DNA of 58,477 bases, the filler included, from Sphacelaria rigidula (taxonomy: Eukaryota): NCBI GenBank assembly GCA_964200075.2. It is 7 parts of 7 records of this genome, joined end to end, with 100 filler letters (N's around TTAATTAATTAA, not from the genome) between each part and the next. Parts side by side here need not be neighbours in the genome. Positions count along the whole stretch, not along the records: positions 41,844 to 50,110 come from CAXNAA020011720.1; positions 50,211 to 58,477 come from CAXNAA020011721.1; 5 more parts are not named here. One strand, given 5' to 3'. Below are positions 47,997-58,477 of this stretch, one piece after another. The number at the start of each line of letters is the position of its first letter. Within the stretch, counting starts at the first letter, position 1. The notes beneath the pieces are model-generated. The model did no database searches, had not been told where the DNA came from, and saw nothing but the letters and a program-made list of their open reading frames with translations. A program made the translations under genes and the position numbers.

Positions 47997-48300
47997 CAGG
48001 GGTTTACACGTTATACGCGCCACAGCGTTATACGTACGTTTTGTCCAAAACGTAACGTGAATTTTCGAAAACTTCACGTGATGACCGTAACGTGAATGTA
48101 ACATTAAATTTTCAAATGAAACGTTGACGTAACGCTAAATTGCCCAAACTTTCAAATCACGTAACATGAAACGTTTCATGTAACGTGTAACGTCTATTAC
48201 ACGTTTTACGTGCATTTGACGTTACACGTTACACGTAACGTTACATGAAACGTTACACAGTATATGAAACTTCATGAACACGTCACATGAAGTGGTGAAA
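47997..48300 (+). mobile_element. Possible hAT-like transposon end with a dense subterminal motif array
   Basis: Starts CAGGGGTTTACACG, followed by many CGTAAC/GTTACAC/AACGT motifs in both orientations; matching right end not found. Confidence 0.45.
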
Positions 48301-48910
48301 CTTCAAGTTTGCAATGAATTTTAAAATCCTAGAAGACTGCTTAAATAAACACGAGTGAGTTTGAATGACCATGGTATAGGTATGGTACTATTGCAGCAAT
48401 GTCGCGCTCTCCACACCGCACCTCACATTCCAAGTTATCGTTGCAGCACTGCATCATAACATCATGATCATCTCTCGACCACATTCAAGGCTACTTATGT
48501 ATAAAAAACGCGTTGCCAGACAAGTTGTTTTTCAACAGCGCGATTTTCCACATAATTTTTCAAAGTAGCCCTTCTGACGTGATCGACGCATAGTGAAAAT
48601 TGGAAACGCAGTGTTCAGTGTTTTCTATGAGGTGTGCAGGCATAATTTCAAATCCCGGGGCGCGCGAGAGCGACGCAGCACTCTGGTGTCGTGAGGTGGT
48701 GTACGGCCCGTAGTTACTGACTGTATTACTGCAATACATTGCCTGAGCAATACGTGGTGGGCTGCGTGACGCGAGACGATCAATACGAATACCACCTTGC
48801 CGTACTAACTGGCTGTAGAAGTGACGGCTGTTCTTTTCCACTGCACGGTAGTACTTGACTGAACGGACAGCACGCGGACAACAGTACTGCATTGTGTGCG
48901 TTGGCTGTAG

Positions 48911-49505
48911 TGATGGCTTAGTCATCACCACTGCTGTCGCTGGTGCTCGCGGGCACTCAGCGTGTTGCTTTATTGTCCTTCGCTCGCCAGTAGCGTGATG
49001 GCCTTTACCCTCATGAGAACAGAACAGGGCAGGGTCAATGACGAGTGCTGTACAGACACTCTATCTATGTAGTTTTCACAGTATTGTAGCTCAGTTCAGG
49101 TATCTGCATGTAGCGTGCTGCGAACAATACTCGAATACAGTACATACTGCCCAAGCACCCAAGCCCTCTAAACACTACCGCAGTAGCACTGCTTATACTG
49201 TGGTCTTGTGTGTACGGTCAGTGCGTCCTGTCTCTCCAAGTCTTGGGGTGCGTGGGCAGTCTGTACTGCATTACGCGACTGCTGTTCGCAACACGCTGCA
49301 TGCACAGACCTGAACTGCGAGCTACAATACTGTCTGTGCAAACTACATGCAGAGTATTGTACAGCACTCGTCATCGACCCTGCTCTGTGCTCTTCTCATG
49401 GGGGTAAAGGGCCACCATGATACTGGCGAGCGAAGGACAATGAAGCAACACACTCACTGCCCGCGAGCACCAGCGACAGCAGTGATGATGGCAACCAAGC
49501 CACCA
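48911..49505. repeat. Long inverted repeat (arms 48911-49163 and 49242-49505, ~78-bp loop)
   Basis: CACTGCTGTCGCTGGTGCTCGCGGGCA is mirrored by TGCCCGCGAGCACCAGCGACAGCAGTG; similarity continues along both arms. Confidence 0.85.
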
Positions 49506-49656
49506 TGGCTGCTGTCGTGGGCTGGAGGATGTGCTAGCGTGCGGCGGGATTTCAAACGCGTTTTCCATAGCATTTTTCGATAGCCCAAAGCTTTTAGAAA
49601 AATCAGGATCTTCTCGTAGCTTTGTGCTATCGGAAAACGTTATCAGAATATTTTTT

Positions 49657-50028
49657 ATCAAATAGATTGCTCTACTTTGCATCGCAATTCCAGTTTTATT
49701 TTCCTCTGTTACGATGGAAAAGGAGCATATCGGCATACAAGTAGAAGCACGGAAAGAAACACTTGAAATTCATGCGAGTATAAATCCACTGGAGCTCCCG
49801 CGTTTGTACACGTCATCATAGATGAAATCACGAAATACCCGCTCGCCGTACATCAAATGGATTGCTCTACTTTGCATCGCAATTCCAATTTTCTTTTCCT
49901 CTGTTATGATGGAAAAGGAGCATAATCGGCATACAAGTAGAAGCACGGAAACAAACACTTGAAATTCATGCAAGTTTAAATCCACTGAAGCTCCCGCGTC
50001 TGTGCACGTCTATCATACATGAAACCAC
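49657..50028 (+). repeat. Tandem duplication, period 195 bp
   Basis: 49657-49831 and 49852-50028 are near identical. Confidence 0.9.
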
Positions 50029-50110
50029 AAACAAGAGTGTTTTCGTGAGATTGAGAGTAGATGATACGATTGAGAGTGGCTTTGATCATTCGCTTTAAGT
50101 CAGTCATTTT

Positions 50111-50210
50111 NNNNNNNNNNNNNNNNNNNNNNNNNNNNNNNNNNNNNNNNNNNNTTAATTAATTAANNNNNNNNNNNNNNNNNNNNNNNNNNNNNNNNNN
50201 NNNNNNNNNN
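50111..50210. other. Artificial contig spacer
   Basis: N44-TTAATTAATTAA-N44. Confidence 0.99.
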
Positions 50211-50336
50211 TTTTTTTCGTTGGATGAATCTTCCTATATTTTTTCAAACTCCCCCCCCCCCTTCCCTCCCGTCCCTCCCGTCCCTCCCGTTTCTCATCCG
50301 GGGGTTGCGGGTTGTGGGGGCAAACCACATATATAG

Positions 50337-53300
50337 GGGTTTCCGCCGCTGGCAAGCGAGGAGATGAAGAAGGTGGAGACGCCCTACAGGGGTCGGGAAT
50401 ACCTGGTCCGCTGGGAAGGGAAGGCCTTTTGGCACTGTACGTGGCTGGTGCCGTATTTGCTGCAGCGGAAGTCTGCGATGAAGCTCAACAATTTCGCCGT
50501 GAGAAAAGCTTTGCCCGAAACGAAACAGTACACTTTGAGTTCGGTTCATAGATCATTTCAGTTTGGATGCTCTCACTGTAGACCGGTTCAGTATGGATCA
50601 GTTCAGCTCAGGCAGGTTTAGTCAGGTTAAGATCAGTTCAGCCAAATTCAGCTTGGTTTGGACCGTGGTAACTCGATGTGGACCATCTTTGCTCAGTTCA
50701 TGTCGGTTTACTTAGTTTTGGTCCAGTTTGGATCGGCATATGCACAAATAAGTTTGGTTCATATCAGGGTAGTTCACTCTTAATCAATGCAGGTTAGTAC
50801 GGTCCAGTCCAGTCCAGTTCACTTCAGTTTAGTGCGTCGTGTGCGGCTACATCGTTTCTAGTGTCGACTTGTGCCAACACAGCGCGCCCGGCGGGTCCAG
50901 CTGAAACGTCTGAAAAAATGGTTAGGGCTGAGTAGGGGGCGCGGGGGTGTACTCAGGATCATGCATGCCGTATTCGTAGGAGCATTGACCTCGCATCCCT
51001 ACAAAGCCGGGACGGCGCACGCTGGATTTTCGCCGGACCAGGTGGGGAGTAGGGGGGTCGATTTCCTGTACATCAGTACTGAGCGTTTGTTTTTCCTGAC
51101 TCAGGAGCAGGAGTATGTGATTTCCCGGCTTTGGAAACAGATGAGGACGCCAGTTACAAGAAGAAAATTGACACAGAAAAATCGACGCGGCTCAAGAGTG
51201 CTGATTCACTGAGTCGATTACCCCCAGATACCCAGATACCTGGCGTGTACCGTACGGAGGGAGATAGATGGGTCAATTCCTCACTTCACCAGCTATCAAA
51301 GCTTAAGTAAGCAAATTGTTTCTTTTCTTGTTATGCTCAACGGAAAAATCGAGTCCCCCCCCCCCCCGTCTCCACAGCGTTAGAGAGTAAAACTCATACA
51401 GTGGAATAAATTGAAACATATGAGAACGGATGGGACAGGTTAGAGAGAAAAATGTGGGAAGTAGACGAGTGTAAGGTGGCATGAAGTCGTTTGGTACTTC
51501 TGATTGATTTCGGTGTCGGTTTCGATTTTGATTTTGATTTTGATGGCCGCACATAACCTGATCCCTGAGGGACCCAGCCGAGATGACAGGATGGGTGTAC
51601 CCAAGGTGAAAAAAAACGGAAACGCTCGCGACTAGACATGAATAGAGAGAAAAAAAACAGATAAGACGAACAAACGAATTAAGCTGAAGAAACAGAAACA
51701 GTAGCACAAAACAAAAAACAAGCAGAAAAAATGAAACAGGTACTTGGTGCGCCCCCCCCCCCCCTTTTTTTCGCTGCTCTCGCTACTGAAGTACCACAAT
51801 CCCTTCCCCCCCGCCCTGACCTACCCCGAGTCCTTTTTCGAGATGATTTTCGCTGTTTTATTCCAGTACTGTAGTCATTTGCCACAAGATCGCATGGGAA
51901 AAGAAAAAAACATAGGGAAGTTGAATCCCTAGGAAGGATACATATATAAATGAGTAATGCCACGGAAGGGGTGCACTTGTCAGCCCAGAAGGTTTCCTGA
52001 GGCTGCAAACCAAGGCGCGGATATTTGTCATCGAGAGGTACCTACAGTAAACAGCCTCATCAAAAAGAGTGCACCCTTACCGTGGCATTGCTCAAATACA
52101 TGTATATGTATATAAGTTTACAAGCATCGCAAAATTTACACTCAAGAGGTGTGATGATGGATTTCTCGAAAATACGGACTTGAGTGTGACGACAATAAAT
52201 AAATGACCTGTCAAATTCGCTCGAAACGACTGTGTCACGCACTGTGGACGATTTCCCTTTCGCCTCTCGTTTTGATACCTTTGCATATCACCTATGTACC
52301 CTCAGCAAGCATATCCGCCTGACCTCCTTGATACCCCTCCACCCCCTTGGCTCCCTCTGTCATCCTCCATTGTCGTCGTTTTCCCAGAAAAAGACGCACG
52401 GCGCTCTCACGGCGTCCGCTCGGTCCTCGGATGAGGATCTGCTGAACGACTTTAAGCCCAAGTGTACCATTCCCCATCGTGCTATCGCGCGCAGCACCAA
52501 GTGCATGGACGGTGTAAACGGACAGAGCTTGTACCTCGTGAGTAAACGTATTCACAATACTGACTCACTTACGCATCTTCTTATGAACCTATACTTGTTT
52601 CGTTTTGTCTCATGATCCCTGGGACACTCTCACTCACTTCATCAATGAATCAATGACTCCATGAATCAATGAGTCAACGAATGAATGAATGAATGAATGA
52701 ATGAACGAATGAATCAACGTGACTCCTTTTTTTCATTTGTTCGACGAAAGAAAGTCCTTCTTCCAAAATAATAGTCGTGCTAATCGTGCTTACTCATATA
52801 TCATCTATCAGTCGTTGCTGAAGGGACGTTGCGAAGATGATAGTTCTCAGGAAAAACTCTGTCTACCACAATTTTGTCATGTTCTTGTGTAATTCACCTG
52901 ACAGACTGCCATTAGCACGGCACGTTTATGTTCGTGTTTTGTCGTGACTTCTTTTTCTCTTCTTTTTCTCTTGGTCTTACTTTCCGCTTCGTTGTTACCG
53001 TTGTTGTCCTCAACTTGATGAAAACATTCCGACATCTGCGCAGTATTGTGACTTCCGTACTGGGCATCTGATGCGGACGCATTCCGTGGTCACAGGCTGA
53101 ATTGCTGTGACTTACTTTATTTACACCACAACTTTTCACAGGGTAATTGGCCCTTACTCCTACGTGGTTGATGATGGCCAGGAGTTGACTCGTACTGCAG
53201 TTTGGTCATGATTCGATGTGATTCGATTCAGTCAGTCATATTCGTCTTGTGTTGCACTTTTTTTTTCGAAAATGAAAGGCGTTGCTGTATTATTAGGTTT

Positions 53301-56300
53301 CTGCAGTACCGTGTAAGACCACAAGCATAAAATTTCTAGCAAGATAACCAACCTGCTGTACAATTATCGCCCACACTGCACCACAGAGAAGTTGGCCCAC
53401 CCAGCTATTTTCATGCGTTGTCGTTGTCATCTTCACAATCGCTGATGTCTCTTGTTCCCCGGAGCGATCATGTGATCTTTGAACCAATGAGCGAACCCGC
53501 CTTGGCTTAGAGGAATATTTGCCCTCATTGAGTACACAACAATCTTTGGGTCCCAGTATGGCGGTTGGCTCTTCCCATAGTCCGGGCCTTGAACGGGTCG
53601 CAAGGGTAGGGGTATTATCGACTGTTTGCTGCTGTAGTATTGTCTCCTTCTCTTCTACCTTCCTAGTCTTCCCACTCCCTCTCTTTCTTCCTCTTCCTCC
53701 CCCCCTTCATCTTTATCTCTCTTTGCCCGTCGTGCCGTTACACGAAGTGGCGAGTGGCATGAACTCGTACGTAGTCCGCCACGTGACGATGCTCTTCGCT
53801 GTTGCTGCGGAGGGCCCCCCTGTTGATTTTGTATCTCATCCTAAAATCCAGGTCATTCTCTTGCCTTTTCTTCTTTTCTTCACCTGCTTTTCTCCACCTA
53901 TTCATTTGTTGATTTATTCATGAACGTATCCGTTCATTCAGTTGTTCATGCATTTTTCATTTTTTCATTTTTTCATTGATGCATTCATTCATTCATTTTC
54001 GTTTGTCCGTTTTCATTCATTCATATTCTCTCATTCATGTTCACTCATTCATTTTCATTTATTCATTTTCATTTATTCATTTTCATTCATTATATTCATT
54101 CATTCATTTTCATTTTTTCATTTTTTCATTTTCATATATTCATTTTTCATTTATTCATCTTCATTAATTCATTAAATCATTTACATACATTCACTTGTCT
54201 ACATTCATTTTCACTTACTCAATCAATTATTCATTCACTCATTCATTCATTCATCACTGATTCATCCTTTCATTCATCCACTCATCATACACATTTTTTT
54301 CTTTCGTTTCCTTCCCGTTTCCCGTTTCCCCTCCCCCCCTTCTTTCCTTTCCCGTTGCCTTTCTCTAGGTGAAATGGCGCGGGTTAGAGTACGAAGAGGC
54401 CACGTGGGAGATGGAGGGGGACTTGGAAGACTGGATGCATCTAGTCGAGGAATTCAAAGAGAGGGAGGAACATGGTAAGGGCGACCAAACAGAGCAGGCG
54501 CACACAAGCTATTCTGCACGTCACCTTCTGTATCAATATCATATCATCATGCGACGACGGCTGGACCCGCGGGTGGTCAGTTAAATTGCGACAATGAATC
54601 AATCAATCAAATCATCACGTTAGTGGTGAATAACATTCAAGAAGGAATGGACCCTATTCATTAGGAAAAACTTGAAATAAAAGTACAGTACATACAATCT
54701 GTGCCCGACAGATCGTTTCTGTTTTTGTTGCTGTTTCTGTTTCCGTGAGCAAGTGCATACCTACGTAAAGCCAAGCATGTTACGTTTGTTCGTCGGTCCG
54801 ACTGTTGATGCATGATGGGCTATTTGCTCCGTGGCGAGTGTGCGTCTACCTTTTGTTTTGTTACTGTTTCTGTAGGAATAATAGCGTTTAGCTGGACGTG
54901 ATACACATGTAACCTCGAGTGTAACAGTAATTGATTGATTTATTCGATCGACTGTCGCAAGTGAACTTAACACACATTTCTATGCATATATTCTGGGGGT
55001 TCCGGTATTTTCATCACCAGACCAACCGTTTACCTCCGTTTGATCTAGATATGCTTTCCCTCCATTCATTGAAGGGGGGTGTGGGTGGGGGGTGAGGGGG
55101 CGTGGCAGCAGGCGTTCTTTGCAGTAGGCGCAACTGCAGGGCGTAATTCTTCCGCGATTCATAACAGCGGTGCGTTCGTCTTCGCCTGTGCGTTGTCATA
55201 ATTTGGCCTTGTACCTTTTCCTTACCAGAACAGAGATGTGCTCAATTTTTCATGTTTTTTTTGTGTCTGCCTTTCCGACCACCACAACAAGATCGAGGCA
55301 TGTGTGTGTGTGTGTTCGTGCTTTCCACGTGATTTCGATCTTATGGCCTCCGGGAATCGGTCTTCTTTATTGCTTTACAAATTGACTGCGGGTCTGTGAT
55401 GTGTCTCGGCAAGAAAAATGCTTTTAGACGAGTGCTGCCAAATGTAGAAAGTAATTGACAAAAGAAAGGGGGCCGTTGTTTTGGTCGATTTTTATTTTCC
55501 CTAGGCCCTGTAAAGGAGATGCTGGGCAACTTGCACCCCCCAGAGGATTGGGATGGCGAGACACCGTTGCCGAAGCCCGCGCGGTTCGAGATGCTCATGG
55601 AGCAACCTTGGGGATTGAGTCGGGGGCCCATGTATCCGTACCAGCTAGAGGGCCTTAACTTCTTGCGCCAGAGGTGCGTGCGTGTGTGCGTGTCATACCC
55701 CAGTGTGTCTTTGTTCATACTCTTGTGCATTGAGTTTGGTTGATTATCGCTCATTGACTTGTCCGCCGCGAATCCAGGCGTGGTTACAAGATGAACGTAC
55801 GTGCTCGAGACAAAATTCACGGCCTTTTTTCTCCGAACGAAAGTCGAGAAAGGCGTGTGTGTTGTGCAAAGCCTGGGTTGTATATATATATATATATTTA
55901 TATATATACTTGATTCGAAATATGGCTTTGTGTCTGTTTGCTCTGTTGACTGTTAAGGTCATGTAATGAAGCTTGTTGTTTTTTTCGTTCCATTGATTTT
56001 CTCTTGTCGTGTTGGATCGTGGATCATGTGCTGGCACTGAGTTCCATGCTTCCGGAAGTGTTATGCAAAAACGTGGCGTGTCCGCGCATTTGTCACAGAA
56101 AATGAGCAGTAGTTGAACATTAATGCAGGTCAGACGTTTTTTTCGCAAATTCGCAGCCTGTTCGTTTGTCTTCCTGTCTTCCTGTTTCCCGGTGTAGTCA
56201 CCTCTTTGTGTCTTATCACCATAGCCCTCTTCATACCCCCCGTTTCAGATGAACACCTCTTGTTTGCTCATGTTTGCGCAAGACCTCGTCCGCTGAAGCC

Positions 56301-56536
56301 ATGTGGCAGAGGCTGGCCATTCCTTTTTTCTTTTCTTTTTCAAAATTTCAAAATTTAATTTTGTTACATCTCAGTCTACTATGTTGTTCTGTTTTATCTT
56401 TTCTGTTTCTTATTTCTTCTTCAGTGATTGTTGAAGTTTTGCTTTGTCTCGGGTACGTCTACCATGTGACCACGGCTGGATTCCGGGGGGTGAGTGAAAG
56501 TACGACAATCAACCAACCAATCAATCAATCAGTCAG

Positions 56537-56569
<33 letters not shown>

Positions 56570-57115
56570 TAATTAATCAATCAATCAAATCTCATTTTTT
56601 TTTCATTTTTCTTCAACCCCTCCCCCTCCCGCGCCCTCCCCACAGTATGTTTATTTCAGTTCTAATTTCATTTTTTCAAACCTTTCATTCCACCTCCTGT
56701 GAATTGTTTTTGCTTCTATCACTCTGTCTCGGTCTCTCTGCCTCTGTTCTTCTTCCAGTTGTCCTTGTTTTCGTTCCACAAATGCCACTTTTTCGTGGTT
56801 CGTTTTTTGCGTCCGCTCCCAACCCCAACCCCAGCCCTAACCCAAAGCCCCAAAACCGAAAATCCCGCCCTCAGTTGGTGGTCGAATACCAATGTCATCC
56901 TCGCCGACGAGATGGGGCTGGGCAAGACCATCCAGACCATCGCATTCGTGCGGAGCATCCTGTTGGAGCGACCCTTGGAAGAGCACCGCCCGTGCCTCGT
57001 CATCTGCCCGCTGTCGACCACGGAGAACTGGGAGAGGGAAATGGAGGGCTGGTGCCCGGAGCTCAACTGCATACGATTTGTGGGCAACGTCAAGTCTCGC
57101 ACGGTGGCCCTCGAG
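50337..57115 (+). CDS. CHD-family chromatin remodeler (tandem chromodomains and SNF2 N-terminus), internal exons 50337-50498, 52388-52537, 54369-54474, 55505-55673, 56875-57115
   Basis: EYLVRWEGKAFWHCTW..KLNNF; HRAIAR..LYL|VKWRGLEYEEATWE; MYPYQLEGLNFL; VILADEMGLGKTIQ; LVICPLSTTENWERE. Exon phases 0,0,1,2 are all compatible. Confidence 0.95.
50584..50832 (+). repeat. Degenerate pentanucleotide repeat (CAGTT/CGGTT/CAGTC) in CHD intron
   Basis: Repeated GTTCA/GTCCA units. Confidence 0.7.
53900..54290 (+). repeat. Degenerate (CATT)n microsatellite in CHD intron
   Basis: Visible TTCA/CATT array; a complementary (GAAT)n tract lies at ~52641-52715. Confidence 0.9.
56461..56590 (+). repeat. Non-LTR-type 3' tail with long (TCAA)n
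   Basis: ACCATGTGACCACGGCTGGATT followed by a TCAA array. Confidence 0.65.
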
Positions 57116-58214
57116 GTGAGGCACACGTGGCGTCATCCCGAAAAATGAATTGTATTCTGTGGCAGTCATATTGTTTGGCTTTCGTGGGCAAAGGAGTGCG
57201 GGGGTGCGGAGGTGTGGAGATGGCTCATGTTTCTGGTGGATGACTATTTTGTGTGTAGACTTGTCCGTGATTTAATTTTTTTTTTTCGCGCTTTTTGCTC
57301 ACGTGTTTTCTCCTCTTTTCCATGTCTTGAGCATATATATATATGTATATATGTTATTTTTCGGTAGGTTCCATACATACGCGATCGTTTTTGTTCGTTT
57401 TTATGAGGGGTTGTGTCCACCCCCTCCACCCCTCTTTTGTTTCCTCTTCTACTAGAGTTGGTGATGACTCTGTAATGTTTGTAACACATGCGCTTTCCAC
57501 CAGGAGTAAAGGGAAGGGTGCGAAATTGAAACTCTGGTTCAAAACTGACGCACTTCACCCCCTTGGTTTAAATAGTACTGCTGTACTGCTGTCAATCCAT
57601 TTCATCGACGCGTCCAGGACATAACAAATACAAAATAAAAATGAGAGGATGTGAATTGGAAGACACGTGGCGGATTGCCGAAACAAAAGAAACGAAACCA
57701 AACGTTGATTAAATGTTTAGTATTGGTTGCTCACGGTAGTGAACCCCCTTTTGCTTTAAGGGTGAAGTGACAAAATCCGTGGGTGTCATGCTCCATCACC
57801 GTTGCAGAAACATTACCCAGGGTTAGATACGGAACGATTCGCCGCAAAGTTGATTGCTTTTAGTATGATTGATTCGTCCCCTACAGAGCAATCCTTGGGT
57901 TTTGTTCCCAGCGTTGCACCGGACCCCAGGTGCGTGCAGCCTAGGCACGTGGAGCAGCGCAGAGTTTGCGTAGAGACGCTTTTGATCTGCGGCCAACTTT
58001 TGTCTCTCTTTCGAACGAGCAGGCCTCAGGGATCGTAGATTTGGTAGTTTGAGCCGTCAATGATTTCTCTTATCCTTGAAAATTAGCTGTGACTGGTTGA
58101 CTTGAATGTTACCTTAAATGTGGTGGAGCATGATCCCCATGGTTGGGGGTTTTCCAACGGGTATGTTTTTTTTTTTCTGTCGGGATTTGAGTTCGTCAGG
58201 GTCATGTAGTGGTA

Positions 58215-58477
58215 GTGTGTGTTGTCGTTCCACTATTCCTGGACGTCGGTCCACACCTTTCGATATATGTGGAGACACCAGCCGGGGTCACACAAGAGGA
58301 AGGCCAACACAGGAGTGTTCTTTTTTGTTTGTTTTAGTTCCTCATCTTCCTTCTGTGTTGCTGGCCTTTATTTTTCATCGCGAGAGGGGTTCAGCAGTCC
58401 CTTTCCCTCGTCGACCATTAAGTCGAATTTTGTGTACCCACGACATAGTCGCTCACCACTGTTGGACATTGTTTGAG
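58215..58477 (-). mobile_element. SINE body and tail (family of 11275-11624), head cut by contig end
   Basis: Reverse complement matches GTACACAAAATTCGACTT..GGTCGACGAGGGA..GGGACTGCTGAAC..CTCTCGCGAT..GTGTGACCCCGGCTGGTG. Confidence 0.85.

Noticed and set aside
53942-54372. His/Phe/Ser/Ile-rich ORFs, and likewise the NQSI-repeat ORF 56494-57243
   Set aside because: These are translations of intronic microsatellites.
25204-57115. A chromatin-themed cluster (chromo/Tudor-like integrase tail, cullin, CHD)
   Set aside because: The parts are on different contigs joined only by size order.

Overview
This is eukaryotic nuclear DNA, most consistent with a brown alga (inference from long introns, GTGCGT/GTGAGT donors and the repeat types). 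The window is not one locus. It is seven unplaced contigs (8269, 8269, 8269, 8268, 8268, 8267 and 8267 bp, sorted by size) joined by artificial 100-bp N44-TTAATTAATTAA-N44 spacers, so adjacency across spacers means nothing. Host genes rebuilt from phase-compatible exons: RPL29 (minus strand, with a 27-bp micro-exon), the first exon of a probable eIF3k, a divergent uncharacterised 5-exon gene, the 3' end of a cullin, and the chromo-chromo-SNF2 region of a CHD remodeler. Mobile DNA: two decayed Ngaro-type tyrosine-recombinase retrotransposons, one with all four split direct repeats; a Ty3/Gypsy junction with one LTR between a PPT and a PBS; a second Gag with a roughly 1000-aa extension; tRNA-derived SINEs; and several MITE/foldback families, some nested. 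I cannot demonstrate a new biological system. The best candidates are the Gypsy element (chromo-like plus Tudor-like integrase tail, RS-rich Gag with a CCCH finger), the hidden gene head-to-head with eIF3k, and an unclassified GAC-terminal MITE with 4-bp TSDs.
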